The notes beneath the pieces were generated by a model. It did no database searches, was not told the DNA's origin, and saw nothing but the letters and a program-made list of their open reading frames with translations. A program made the translations under genes and the position numbers. DNA of 64,000 bases from Negaprion brevirostris (taxonomy: Eukaryota): NCBI GenBank assembly GCA_030324005.1, contig JARDVH010000110.1, positions 22,641,475 through 22,705,474 of the forward strand, read 5' to 3'. Every line of letters starts with the position of its first letter. Position 1 is the first letter of the stretch. Positions 11,826 to 24,215 of this stretch are shown here, piece after piece.

Positions 11826-12092
11826 CTGCCTAACAGTGCCAGAGACCTGGGTTCAATTCCTGCCTTGGGTGACTGTCTATGTGGAGTTTACACGTTCTCC
11901 CTGTGTCAGCATGGGTATGCGGGTTAGGTTGATTGGTGACAGTAAATTGTCCCTTAGTACCAGGAGGCTTAGCAGGATAAATATGTGGCGTTATGAGGAT
12001 AGAGCCTGGGTAGGATTGTTATTGGTGCAGGCTTGATGTGCTGAATGCCCTCCTTCTGCATTGTAGGATTCTATGATTCTTTTTCTATGATT
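11826..12092 (+). mobile_element. HE1-like SINE, type A
   Basis: B-box gggttcaattcc; tail ttctgcattgtaggattctatgattct. Confidence 0.85.
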
Positions 12093-12242
12093 CTTTTGTT
12101 AATGAAAATGAATATTTTAATTCATTCCCATTATAAATGCTTTTGATTTAGAGTCTCAGAAATAAAGGATGAGTCTTGTGAGACCATGTCTTGTCTGAAA
12201 GACTCTTCTTCCAAAAATGCAGCTCTTCCTTAATTATATATT

Positions 12243-12550
12243 GGGCAGCATAGTGGCATGGTGATTAGCACTGCTGCCTCACTGCACCAGGGACCTAGGT
12301 TTAATTCCTTGCTTGGGTCACTGTCTGTGTGGAGCCTCCACGTTCTCCCTGTATCTGCATGGGTTTTGTCGGGGTGCTGCGGTTTCCTCCCACAATCTAA
12401 AAGATGTGCTGGTTAGGTACATTGGCCAAGCTAAATTCTCCTTCAGTGTACCTGAACAGGCGCTGGAGTGTGGAGACTAGGGGATTTTCATGGTAACTCC
12501 ATAGCAGTGTTAATGTAAGCCTATTTGTGACACTAATAAATGACCTTTAA
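12243..12550 (+). mobile_element. tRNA SINE, type B (full length)
   Basis: Head gggcagcatagtggcatggtgattagcactgctgcc; type B tail. Confidence 0.9.
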
Positions 12551-12994
12551 ACTTTTAACTGCCAGCCCAGATTATGCACTTAAGCCTTAAGCATGGACCT
12601 TACATGTTCCAGTTTTTTGAATCATACTGCTACCATTGGACAAAGATTAATTAATTTCTGTACAGCGTACAAAAAAAATTAATGGATGAAGGTGACACGG
12701 GTCATTGTTAATCAGGGTGTATTGCATGTTTTTTGTGGAAATGTTTGAAATGCAAATGAGAATATCTTGATTTATTGATGAGATTCAACCAGCATTGCTT
12801 ACTTCTCAGCAAAAGGACATTTATAGTCAGCAAGTCAGAATCCAAACATTGCTAAAGGAGATGTAAGGTATAATAGTGAGATTAGAATGAACTACTTGTC
12901 ACATCTGATCAATATTTGGAAGAAGGTCCACAACGTCAAAAGTGTATTGATAAGAAATGAAGTGGTAATAAAGGACATTTGTGGACACAAAGGA

Positions 12995-13425
12995 AAATGA
13001 GGAAGTTGCATTCATGTAATTCCTTGTCAAACTGCAGGATGTTTCCAAGCACTTTACATGCAATTAATCACTAATAAATTCAGTCACTCCTATGAGAAAA
13101 GCAAACCTGCTGGCCCATTTCCATGAAACAAGGTCACATAAAAGCAAATGAGATGAATTACTTTTTTTAGATGTTTACTGAGGGAAGAGTGTTGGCCAGC
13201 ACACCAGGAGAAATGTTCTAATCGACTTCCAATAATGTTATGGCATCGTTTTTGCCCACCACAACAGGCAGGCAGGGATGTCATCCAAAAGATAGTGGCT
13301 CTGTTAATGCAGCACTCTGCCACTATTGCATCGGGCAACTTGATCATGTGCCCAGACTTCAGTGTGGGTCTTGAATGTAACTTCTGATTTGAAATGAGAG
13401 TGCTAAAGGACTAACCAAATTGATG
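12995..13425 (-). mobile_element. Ancient DeuSINE (SacSINE1/AmnSINE-like)
   Basis: tgttggccagcacaccaggaga...tcatccaaaaga...tgcagcactc; homologous to 25715-26110. Confidence 0.6.
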
Positions 13426-13589
13426 CACACAAAAGGTAATGGTAGTCAGAACACATATCCCTTGAAAAATGCACTGACTGTCATGTTTCAGTGTTTTTTG
13501 ACCCCTCATGAAAAGGATCTCCAATATGAATTACTTTTAATTTCACTGTTACTGTTTAAAGTTTATTGAACAGCAAGATTGGGAGCAAC

Positions 13590-14280
13590 ATGAGTGGTGC
13601 TCACCATTAACAGAATGCTGCCATCAAGCCAAAAAGACATTCTGTCTATCAACTAGGTATTTAGGCTGTATGTCCCAAAGACAAGCAGATCACATCAAAT
13701 GGCAGGTCCCATCCATTGTTTAAAATGGGCTAAAGGTACAAACTGTGCCCAACCAACCCATGCTCGCAAAACTTACAACACAATTTCCAACATTAGATGC
13801 GATTCAACAACATTTGCTAAATAATCCTCCATGTGTTACGAATTATGCTGACAATAAATTTAAGATTGTCAATCAGGCTCATAGCATGGCGTGTGATGGA
13901 AGCCACATATATTAATACACAAGACCCTATCTTTGCAGACAGAAAGAACAGGTGCACACCTTGCACTTGTTTCAACTACATAAAATGAGTGACAGTCATT
14001 TGTTCGTTCATTCCGTAGCATAATGCCTTGGCCAACCTGAGTTGAGCAGCACGGTTTAAATTTCAAACAACGCTTGGCAGTTAACTGTTGATCATTATCA
14101 ACTGGTGCATTCTCTATGAAAATGTCTTAAACAATCAAAGTTCACTTGACAAGCAATCTCTTCTCATACAGTATAAGTTGTTGTTAGTTATTTTCCCTTA
14201 AATTCTTGTGATTCTCCTGATGAGTGCAAAACAAAAGGTTTTAACAAAATGTCTCTTTTATTCAGAAAGACTCAAGTTCT
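13590..14280 (+). mobile_element. Penelope-like retroelement 3' part (GIY-YIG endonuclease relic and terminal repeat)
   Basis: Frameshifted RYLGCMSQRQADHIK.QVP (13655) and QHLLNNPPC..NY....FKIV.....MEATYINTQ.P.LCRQKE; hammerhead-like core at 14217. Confidence 0.75.
14212..14246 (+). ncRNA. Degenerate minimal hammerhead ribozyme motif
   Basis: CTGATGA-gt gcaaa ac-AAAA (G12>A)-ggtt-TT; probably inactive. Confidence 0.45.
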
Positions 14281-14460
14281 CAAGTTCTGTACCAATTCTA
14301 TGATGATGTCAGCAAGGTAATCAGTGAATTCCATTAGGATAAATTCATTATTCCTGGTGATTTCAATGCCCGAGTAGGCACAGACTATGCACAGACACAT
14401 GGACAGGGGTACTAGGACACGATTGGCAGAGCAAGCTCCAATGGCCAGCTCCTTCTCTCT

Positions 14461-14857
14461 AAGTTGATGTTGTCTACATGGACTTTAGCAAGTCCTTTGA
14501 CAAGGTACTGCATGGTAGGTTGTTGTATAAAGTTAAATCTCATGGGATCCAGTGGATAGAATGGATAGAAAATTGACTTCTTGACAGAAGCCAGAGGGTG
14601 GTTGCAGAGAGTTGTTTTTCAAACTGGAAGCCTGTGTCTAGCGGTGTGCCTCAGGGATCAGTGCTGAGCCCACTGTTGTTTGTCATTTACATTAACTATT
14701 TGGATGAGATTATAGGGGGCATGGTTAGTAAGTTTGCAGATGATACCAAGGTGGCATTGTGGATAGTGAAGAAAGTTATCTCCAATTGCATCATTTGGGC
14801 TAGTGGGCTGATAAATGGCAGATGGAGTTTAATTTAGACCAATGCGAGGTAATGCAT
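14461..14857 (+). mobile_element. CR1 LINE RT fragment nested in the RTE
   Basis: DVVYMDFSKSFDKV and SGVPQGSVLSPLLFVIYINYLD...SKFADDTK. Confidence 0.92.
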
Positions 14858-14958
14858 TNNNNNNNNNNNNNNNNNNNNNNNNNNNNNNNNNNNNNNNNNN
14901 NNNNNNNNNNNNNNNNNNNNNNNNNNNNNNNNNNNNNNNNNNNNNNNNNNNNNNNNNN

Positions 14959-15530
14959 GCTGATCGTTGTCTGGTGGGGAGGGAGGAAGAGGCAGGTCAG
15001 ATGTGCCTCTGGGGAGAAACGGGGCGGCACTGAGTGAGGTCAGATCATTCTCTAATGTGGGATGAGTGAGGCCAGATCATTGTCTTTGGTGGTGGTGGGG
15101 GGGAGGTGTTAGTGAGGCCAGACTATTCTCTTGGGCGGGGGGGCGGTGGCTGGGTGGGGAGTGAGGCCAGATTGCGAGGGGGTCCGCTGTCACTCTGCGG
15201 GTGATTGGTCTGGGTAGTGGGGTTTGATAAGGGGGACAGCGATGTCTCTGGGTGCCATCGCTCCTGCTTTTCAGTCCCCGGCCAGTTTCTCTGCTTTCTG
15301 CAGTCTGGGAGCAATCTGACACTGGCGTACTTTTTCAACTTCTTTCTAACTGCGCATGTGCAGTTCAGAACTCCGATCGTTTCTGCTGTGCTAAGCCCCG
15401 CCCATGGCGCAAATGGGACCTGCGATTGTTGTTTTCAGGCTGAGTGCGTACGAGGGCACCTGAAATCAGATTTCTAAGTTGGATCTGCATTACGTCCAGA
15501 TTCAGCACTTAAATGGTAAAACCAGGCCCC
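14959..15530. mobile_element. Harbinger-type MITE, right part
   Basis: Ends ggtaaaaccaggccc; homologous to 15935-16512 and 36815-37124. Confidence 0.7.
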
Positions 15531-15572
15531 TCGTGTTTTCTTCTGGGCAAATTTTGGGAGCATAGGGCACAG

Positions 15573-15832
15573 TGTTACTCCCAACAAGTGGCTATGGTGG
15601 AAGAATCAATCTAGACTGGTCTTTTAGGTTAAATGCAGTTTATTGTAATACTCTTTCTCAGTCCTACTAACCTACAGGAAGTTCCCTTCTTTCTCTCTCT
15701 CTCTCTCTCTCTCTCCCCCCCCCCCACAAAAAGTGTTCCAGCTGTTTGTTTATTGGACAATCAGTGTCACATGTTTAACTAGCAATTCTTTCAAGGCCAT
15801 TGCCATTCACTGTGGTTAATGGTACATTGACA
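15573..15832 (-). mobile_element. Solo LTR with internal (CT)n
   Basis: TGTTA...TTGACA termini; homologous to 49854-50077. Confidence 0.65.
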
Positions 15833-15934
15833 TGNNNNNNNNNNNNNNNNNNNNNNNNNNNNNNNNNNNNNNNNNNNNNNNNNNNNNNNNNNNNNNNNNN
15901 NNNNNNNNNNNNNNNNNNNNNNNNNNNNNNNNNN

Positions 15935-16512
15935 GCCCGATGGGGGGCCGGGGGCGGGGGTGGGAATGAGTGAGGCCAGACCATTCTCTGAGGGGAGGCA
16001 CGATTGTTCACTGGTAGGGGTGGGAGCAGATGGATCTCTGGTGGGGGAGTGTCAAATGGATCTCTGGTGGCATCACTGGGGGGACAGGGGCGTGCGCTGC
16101 CACTCTGTGGGCGATCAGTGGGGGAGGGAGGGGGGCAAGGGTGGCACTCGGTCTAGGTAGCAGGGGGCAAGATGGATAAGGGGGACAGCGATGTCTGTGG
16201 GTAGTGGGGATGGGTGGATAAGGGGGACAGTGATGACTGTGGGGGCCATCACTCCACTTTTCACTCTCGGGCTGCTTTCTCCCCCCGGGAAAAATCTGAC
16301 ACAGATGCACTTTTTCAATTTTTTTTCTTAGCTGCACATGTACAGTTCAGAGCTCCTATCATTTCGGGCGCGCTAAGCCCTGCCCACAGTGTGAATGGGA
16401 CTGACAATTTTTTTTAGACTGAGTGCATATGGGGGCGTCTAAAGGAGATTTCTAAGTCGGATCTGCATTCCGCCCAGATTCAGCATTTAGAATGAAAAAG
16501 GTAAAACCGGGT
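15935..16512. mobile_element. Harbinger-type MITE, right part
   Basis: Second diverged copy of 14959-15530; internal repeat ggataagggggacag. Confidence 0.7.
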
Positions 16513-19189
16513 CAAATGTACCACAAGTCCAAAGAGTGGCACATGTTGGATATTATCACCATATGACAGAGGGATTGCATGGAGGTGAACTTTACCAGCT
16601 CCCTTAGAGGTTCAGATTGTTGGTCTGATATTGGCTGATCAGGAGAATGGTGTCTTGGAAGATAAAATTTTATGCTCTTTGGCACACAGTCAACCCACAA
16701 AGATATCATAATGTAACTGTTTTTAAAAACATGGCCAATAGACGAGAAATAGAACATAAACTAACCACAGGAATTACTGATATCCTGGAGAACAATATTG
16801 GCATTGAAATGTTTTGGGAAAAAGTTAAATGATGTTACTTATGGCATAGCGTTTGAGCTCCTGGGACTTGTTAAATGGAAGAACCAAGACTGGTTCAACA
16901 GTAGGCAAGTTTCTCGATGAAGTACGCAATGCTCACAGATCTTAACATACCTGATAAGAAAAAACAAGGAATAGGAGATATCATTGCACAAAATACAAGC
17001 TGCAGGCCCAATTAAGAGAGATGAAGAACTGATAGTGGGAAAACAAGGCTGACTTCAAACAATGGCTATTAAAATAAACTCCTGAAGTCTCCACGTGAGG
17101 GTTTGTGATCAGTCTATGGCCCCTAAACTAACTGACACCCATTCTCTCAGCAGATGGCAATCAGCTCCTAACCAATGAGCACACAACTTCCTTTCATTGG
17201 GCAGAGCACTTAGTCATGTTCTAAACCAGAAGCATGCAATGATACCATTGGGTCAATTCACAGCATCGCACTCTGGAAAAGCTTGCTTTTGATTCTTCTC
17301 AAGCAGAAGTCACCAACGCCATAAAGCAGCTTCCTATGGGCAAGTCATCGGGAGCTGGTGGCATCCCATCTGAAGTATTCAGATTCAGAGTGACTCACAC
17401 CTTAGGAAATGTGTTAGTCTCTTCTGTGTAATCTGGAACCAGGGCACTGTGCCCCAAGACCAAAAGAATACCTCCATAATCATTCTACAAATGGAAAGGG
17501 AGCAAATCAATCTGTGGCAATCATTGTGGGAGACCACTTCCTTCGGCAGCGGAAATGCTCTTGCAAGGGTTATTCTTAATCAGATTGCCACTCACCTCAT
17601 TGACTCTGTGGACCAGACTCACTGTGGATTCTGTGCAGAAAGACAAACAGTGGACATGCAATCTTTGTAGCACATCAAATTGAAGATAAGTTCCGTTGAC
17701 AAAATAAGGATCCCTATGTGGCGTTTTTTGATCTGACCAACATTTTTGACACTGTAAATGTGAAAGGCCTGTGGCTCTACACAAATATGGCTGCTCTGTA
17801 AAGTTGATCAGTGTTATTTACTTGTTTCACGATGGCCAGCATGATACTCATTGGTATGTCATAGGATGCCTTTCCTGTCACCCAGGGCACCAAGGGAGGC
17901 TGTGTGTTGACCCCACCTCTATTTTTCGCAGATTTTTTGGCCATGTATCAAGATGTACTCAAAGATCTTGACATGGGACTACACATTCAATTCAGGATAG
18001 ATTGCAACCTCTTCAACTTCCAAAGATGTAAGACTTGCACAAAGGTTACAGAACAGTTACTGAGAGAATTCTTGTTCACAGATCACTGCACTCTCATAGC
18101 ACAGACTCTGGAGGACATTCAACTGCTTATTGATTGTTTTGCCCTGGCCTCAGAAAACTTTGACCTGATAATAAGTCTGAAGAAGATGGATATCTTATAT
18201 CAACCCACTCCTGGCCACGTACACCAAGACCCCATAGTTACTGTCAATGACACAACCCTTCAGCTCTATTTTCTGGGTAGTAGCCTCTCCATAACACCAT
18301 AGGATCATGAAATCAAACACTGCCTCAGGCTCAGTGTTTAAAAGGCTCACGCAGACTATTGGAAAGAGCATGGAGTTTGTCTCAATAGAGAGATCAAAGT
18401 ATACTAGTGATTGTTACTTTTTTTTATGGGTGCGAGATATGGACAGGCTACTGGCATCACATAAAACAATTAGAAACACTCCATCTTCTCAGTCTGAGAT
18501 TGATTTACAACAGCAGGTGGCAAGTCAAAAGCCCAATACCGAAGTTCTTGCCAAGTGCTGCATACCTAACACTGCGAGCATGCTCACCAAAGCTCAGCTT
18601 CACTGAGTCAGTCATGTGGTTCAAATGGACGATCCCCATGTAACAAGGGCAGGACTCTACAGCCAGCTGAACACAAGAACATACACCACAAGATGTTCCC
18701 AACTTAGATATGAAGACAATCTGAAAGCCTAGAGCTTGTAAATGGCTCCCAATACATTGGAAAAGAGATAATCTTAGACAGACCCAAACGGAGAAGTCTC
18801 TGTCATCAAGTGATTTTTTGGCTTTGGAGGAAAAAGGTCAGGATCCTTGTTGCGTCATTGGTGGGAGGCGGGGGCAATCAAACGAGGAAATTCCACTGAT
18901 GTAAAAGCTGGTTTGGGTCTCCCGCTCGATCCTCTGCCCCCTCTGCTGTTCCCACCCACCTCCAAAAACATGGGTGTAAAGCCCCCTATTGGACTAAGGT
19001 CAGACATGAGGCAACATCAACCTAAACTGTAACCCACTTTTCTTTGCTAAATACTTATCCATTGAAGTGACAGGAAAGTACTTATGAGTGCAGTCTGTGC
19101 ATGCCAGAAGCATGCTGCACATGATATTGATCAGGGCAGCTTAGTGGATGACCATGTTCTACACCCAACATTTGATTCCTGAATTGCCA

Positions 19190-19257
19190 TAATGTGGAGA
19201 TGCCAGTGTTGGACTGGGGTAGGCACAGTGAGAATTCTCACAACACCAGGTTAAAGT
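19190..19257 (-). mobile_element. PLE-type terminal repeat fragment (family 1)
   Basis: atgtggagatgccagtgttggactggggt...ctcacaacaccaggttaaagt, as at 33497, 41954 and 56661. Confidence 0.75.
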
Positions 19258-19479
19258 TGACTCTGTTTGAGTCCCACCTGTCAGACTGGTCAACAAACAA
19301 CCGCATAATAGGGCNNNNNNNNNNNNNNNNNNNNNNNNNNNNNNNNNNNNNNNNNAGCTGCAAAACCAATGATCCTTACAGAGGGTACTGGAAACTGTTA
19401 CTGTAAAGATAAATTTTATCTTCTTTGCTTGCGTTATTCTAACACAAAATGTAGCACGTGGTAAAAAATTGTCGCCTGC

Positions 19480-20330
19480 TGCTGTGTAGAGGGACCTGGG
19501 TGTCCTTGTGCAAGAAGTTGGTTTGCAGCTGCAGAAGGCAAATGGAATTTTATCCTTCATTGCTAGAAGGATGGAGTTTCAAATCAGCAAGGTTCTGTTG
19601 TAGCTGTATAAGATGCTAGTGAGGCCATGGAGTATTATGTACAGTTTTGGTCTCCTTACTTGAGAAAGTATATTTTGGTACTGGAGGGGGTGCAGAGGAG
19701 ATTCACTCGGTTGATTCTGGAGTTGAGAAGGTTGGCTTTTGAGGAGAGACTGAATAGACTGGGCTATATTCATTGGAATTCAGAAGGGTGAGGGGAGATC
19801 TTATAGAAATATATGAGATTAGGAAGAGAATAGGTAAGATAGACGCAGAGAAGTTGTTTCCACTGGCAGGCGAAACAAGAACTAGGGGGCATGGGCTCAA
19901 AATAAGGGGGAGCAGATTTAGGACTGAGTTGAGGAAGAACTTTTTCACACAAAGGGCTGTGAATCTGTAGAATTCCCTGCCCAGTTAAACACTTGAGGCT
20001 ACCTCATTGAATGTATTTAAGGAAAAGATAGATAAATTTTTAACCAGTAAAGGAATTAAGGGTTCTGGTGAGTGGGCGGGTAAATNNNNNNNNNNNNNNN
20101 NNNNNNNNNNNNNNNNNNNNNNNNNNNNNNNNNNNNNNNNNNNNNNNNNNNNNNNNNNNNNNNNNNNNNNNNNNNNNNNNNNNNNAACCAGTAAAGGAAT
20201 TAAGGGTTCTGGTGAGTGGGCGGGTAAATGGAGTTGAGTCCACGAAAAGATCAGTCATGATCTTATTGAATGGCAGAGCAGGCTCGAGGGGCCAGATGGC
20301 CTACTCCTGCTCCTAGTTCTTATGTTCTTA
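19480..20330 (+). mobile_element. CR1 LINE 3' fragment
   Basis: RRVRGDLIEIYEI...AEKLFPLAGETRTRGHGLKIRGSRFRTELRKNFFTQRAVNL plus the CR1 tail. Confidence 0.95.
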
Positions 20331-21563
20331 CATGCTGACTGGGATCAAGCTCCAATTTAGGTGGATGCTAAAAAAAGCAGAAATAACTTTAGTAGCAGAG
20401 CAAAATCTAAAACCAAATACCTGAGAAAATGAAAGTGTGGAGACATCTGCATTCCTAATTTACTCTTTCTAGAGTGTCCAATTTATTTTACCTATCGAAA
20501 TGTGTGGGAGATTCTGAATACAGGAATTTTATTGGACAATATGGATAAAGTACGTTAAAATGCTGAACTAGGATGCACACAACTAAGTTTGCCTGAAGAT
20601 GCATTTATATTGTGTTTAGATATTGCCACTTTCTTGACTTGGGAAGAATGAGTTAAAGGTTCACACTTCATTGTAGCACCTGTACAGACAGAAAAGTGAC
20701 TGCAACCTGGTACATGCCATTAGCACATCATTTCTGATAGTCAACTGAAACAATGAATGCCAGTGAGGTTTGCAATTATTCTGTACACCCAGATCCATTA
20801 GTTCTCTCTTCATGAATATGATTGTATCAGGTAGAGAGATTGGTGAAGGAAATGGGCTGTCTCTGTTGTGCCATTGGGTTTTATCTGTACATAATAAAAA
20901 TAGGCAATAGCCTATTTCAGAAAAAGAGCTCAGAGTTTATGTTTAAAATGCACTCCTGGGGTGAAATTTTTAACTTTTTTTTGCAGTTGTTCTGTTGAAT
21001 AAAAAATTCAGCTGGTGTGAAATTGTGAAACTAAGTCTGGCAGATGTTGCAATTATTGTGCAATGTTATCTGATATATCACCATTTACCAGCTTTCAAGT
21101 TACACAGTGATTCTCATTGCATGGGATATGATTGAAACATACTGCAGATGTAGACCATGCAGTCTAATTTACAATTATCCTTTCCTCATTCATTGCAATA
21201 TAAAACAGAATGATTGAGCAACAAATCTTGTTGTCTCAAACTGCTAATATATTCACTCAAATTTTACTGCATTAGGTTTCCTAGAGTTTGCACAGGAAAA
21301 CAAACAAGTATTATAACATCTGCCAAATGGGAAAGAGTGAATGACTGAAGAAAGAATGAAGGTCAACACAGTCAGCTCTCCAGCTTATTGTCAATTTGGC
21401 AGCACAATTTGCCAGATTGCTTGTATATCAAGGAAATCAAATTGGTCACGCAGGGCTTGGAAAAAGCTGCAATGCTATAGCATCAGATTATACAGAATAC
21501 ATAGTGAAGAAGTAGGCCATTCAGCCCAATTACTCTGTGCTGTTGCTTATCATACAACAGAAT

Positions 21564-21783
21564 AGAATCATAGAGTGCCTACAGTGCTGAAAGAGGCCAT
21601 TTGGCGCACCAAGCATGCACAGACAACAATCCCACCCAGGCCCCATCCCTGCAACCCAACGTATTTACACTGCTAATCCCCCTGACACAATGGGACAATT
21701 TAGCATAATCAATCTACCTAACCTGCACATCTTTGGACTGTGGGAGGAAAGCAGAGCACCCAGAAGAAACCCATGCAGACACA
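21564..21783 (-). mobile_element. HE1-like SINE, type A (5' truncated)
   Basis: agaatcatagag..ctacagtgc...atctttggactgtgggagg. Confidence 0.85.
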
Positions 21784-21921
21784 GTGAGGGGATACATGTT
21801 TCATGTAAGCTGACTATTTCTCTCAAAGATGGGGAAAGGGAAGATTGTATTCTCAACAAAACAGACAAATTGTCAGTTCAAATAGAAATTCACATGTAAA
21901 ACCTGATAGCCATTAAAGAGA

Positions 21922-22024
21922 TAAAAGCAAAATACTGCAGATGCTAGAAATCTGAAATAAGAACAGAAAATGCTGGATAAACTCAGCAGAGCTGGCAGCA
22001 TCTATGGAGAGAAACAAAAGTTAA
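21922..22024 (-). mobile_element. PLE-type terminal repeat (family 2)
   Basis: aaaagcaaaatactgcagatgct...actcagcag..ctggcagcatct. Confidence 0.65.
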
Positions 22025-22027
22025 TCA

Positions 22028-22150
22028 TCCGAATTCTATCACCCTACCTGCCGTGGAATTGGAGAGGGCAAGGGGCAGAAAACAGAAATGCCTGTTGACC
22101 TCGGGCAGGAATTTCTGGTCTCACTTCAACAAGACCATAAAATCCCACCT
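22028..22150. mobile_element. Short Harbinger-type MITE
   Basis: Internal ctgttgacctcggg and end aaaatcccacc, as in 8497-8623. Confidence 0.6.
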
Positions 22151-22629
22151 AATGTTTCCAATCTAAATGATATTTCTACAGAACATCACAGAGAGTGGTT
22201 ACAAGGAAACTAAAGCAGACAAATTGGATGACAAGGACAAGAGTCAGAAAGTCACACTGAACCAAATGTTTGCACCCTAGCTCCCTGTCTCCAAATTCCA
22301 GTGTCTACTTTTGTAGGAGTCCAAAGCTTCTTCCTCATGTGAGGTGAGAGGTTGGGGGACTGCCAGTAAGATAAATCCAAAATCTTTACCTGATGTTACA
22401 GATGTTCTTCCCATCTAATACAAAATGTAACACTGGCCTTATTGTCATAAACCATCAATATGAAGAGCAGTAATGTTGGCAGTTGAGCAGTACGGTACCC
22501 TGGAAGGTTTTCAATGTGAATACATCATGCAAGGTATCTTCATGATGGAATGCAAGGCTCCTTCTCTGGTTCAACTGCTGCCTAGATGAACCTAAGAGCA
22601 CTGACCTCTCCTNNNNNNNNNNNNNNNNN

Positions 22630-24215
22630 CTTATTCTTCCTACCTACGTGCATAACTTCACATTTTCCTACATTATATTCCATGTGCCATGTTTTTGCCT
22701 ACTCACCTAACCCGTCCATATCCCTCTGTAGACTCTTTGGATAGAATTCTCCTAAAAAAAAATTCTAAGTGTTGAATTCACAGAAAAACTAGAGTAATTT
22801 ACATTGTTTTTTCAGTGGGAATTCACACTAGAATCTCCTACACTCTGTGCAATACAGAGGGCACCAGTGTGAATATCATTAAATTTCAGGGGGAGGAGCC
22901 TATTGCTGCCCGGGAGGCTGAAAACAGCATCTCATCAGCGTCTCATTTGCTGGCCAGCTCGATCATTGCCCGGCCCCGCGATCCCCGCACTGCTGACCCC
23001 CCAAACCTCCACAGCCCAATCGCGTCCCTCCCGACCATTCCCACGCCAACCCCGAACCCTCCACCATCCAGAGAAATATCAGTCTTGGTGTCAAATCTTG
23101 TTCAGTTATGTCTTTGTGTGAAGCATCTTAGGACATTTTACTATGTTAAAGGCACTACAGTTGTTGATGTAACAGCAACAAACATAACGAAATGATCTGC
23201 AAATGGCAGGGCGATCTCTACCCCGCCACTGTGTCAATTCCCCCCTCACCCCCGGCAAAACCCTTAGGCTACCCTGATTGCTGGCCTCTTCCCAATCCTC
23301 CCCGCCGATCAACTCCTAGGCCCTGCCCCCATCAGTTCCCACCCCCTAGGCCTCTCCCAAATAGGCCCAGCTCCCTTGGCACTGCCCCATGCCCAATGGC
23401 ACTGACTAGTTGTTCATGCCCTGGGGGCATCAGACCCTGCCATCTGATCCCCTGGATGTCCCTGATTGCCCCCCCTTCACTCCAGCAGGGTCAGGCCACT
23501 TGCTTTCTGAAAGTGGAGGGCTAGAGTAATCCCTGCTAGAGTCAAACAATCTGACAGCGTGGGAGAGCCGAGTGGGCCTGGAGAATTCAGCCCCAGGACC
23601 ATTAATAGCATTTAAATGATATGTAAAATATCATTTAAACGCTAACCCCGCCTCTGCAGAGCAGACTGTGCCGGAAATCCAGCACTGGAAGACGATAGCG
23701 GGACATGAATCTTGACAAGAATCTCATAAATTGTGTCCTGCACAATTCTCCTGGCCCACTGTGCTAAAATACTACTGCAGCGAGATGGGAGAATCGCACC
23801 CTTTACGTCATTCTCACCACTTGCCTTCTCACTACTTTTGAGTCATCTGTAAACTTGGCACATTCACTCCCCTCATCCGAGTCATTAATTAGCGTTGATC
23901 CCTGTGGCACTCCAATAGTTACCGGTTGCCAACCTCAAAATGTGCCTCTTAACTATATCCGTTATCCAATTNNNNNNNNNNNNNNNNNNNNNNNNNNNNN
24001 NNNNNNNNNNNNNNNNNNNNNNNNNNNNNNNNNNNNNNNNNNTTTCCTAATCGACCTGTTTTTGAACATCCAAATATATTACATCTACTAGTTCCTCTTT
24101 ATCTATCCTGCTTGTTACCACCTCAAAGAACTCTATGCTCTAAACATGTCAGGTATGATTTTCTTTTCATGAAGCCATCTGCTTGATTAAATTATGTATT
24201 TTGAAATGTTTTGCA
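22630..24215 (-). mobile_element. CR1 RT fragment split by a Harbinger-type element
   Basis: gtcatctgtaaacttgg (reverse strand KFTDD) and gatccctgtggcactcc (GVPQGS); sequence is continuous across the insertion. Confidence 0.8.
22739..23801. mobile_element. Non-autonomous Harbinger-type element, ~1.06 kb
   Basis: TIR ggatagaattctcc / ggagaatcgcaccc; 3-bp TSD TTT inside a CR1; inverse homolog of 43009-44273 and 53640-54696. Confidence 0.8.

Larger units (their letters stand above)
14290..19060 (+). mobile_element. Degraded RTE-clade LINE, interrupted at 14461-16512
   Basis: APE motifs FYDD...GDFNARVG and MYHKSKEWHMLD...RGSDCWSD; RT GKSSGAGGIPSE and REFLFTDHCTL (=LFADDCAL)...ISLKKMDILYQP; many stops and frameshifts. 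Confidence 0.85.

Noticed and set aside
20042-20229. Exact or near-exact direct repeats flanking N runs (also near 39178/39394, 43817/43951, 45207/45354, 57896/58054, 59387/59510)
   Set aside because: Identical sequence on both sides of placeholder gaps (mostly about 100 N) indicates unmerged contig overlaps, not real tandem duplications.
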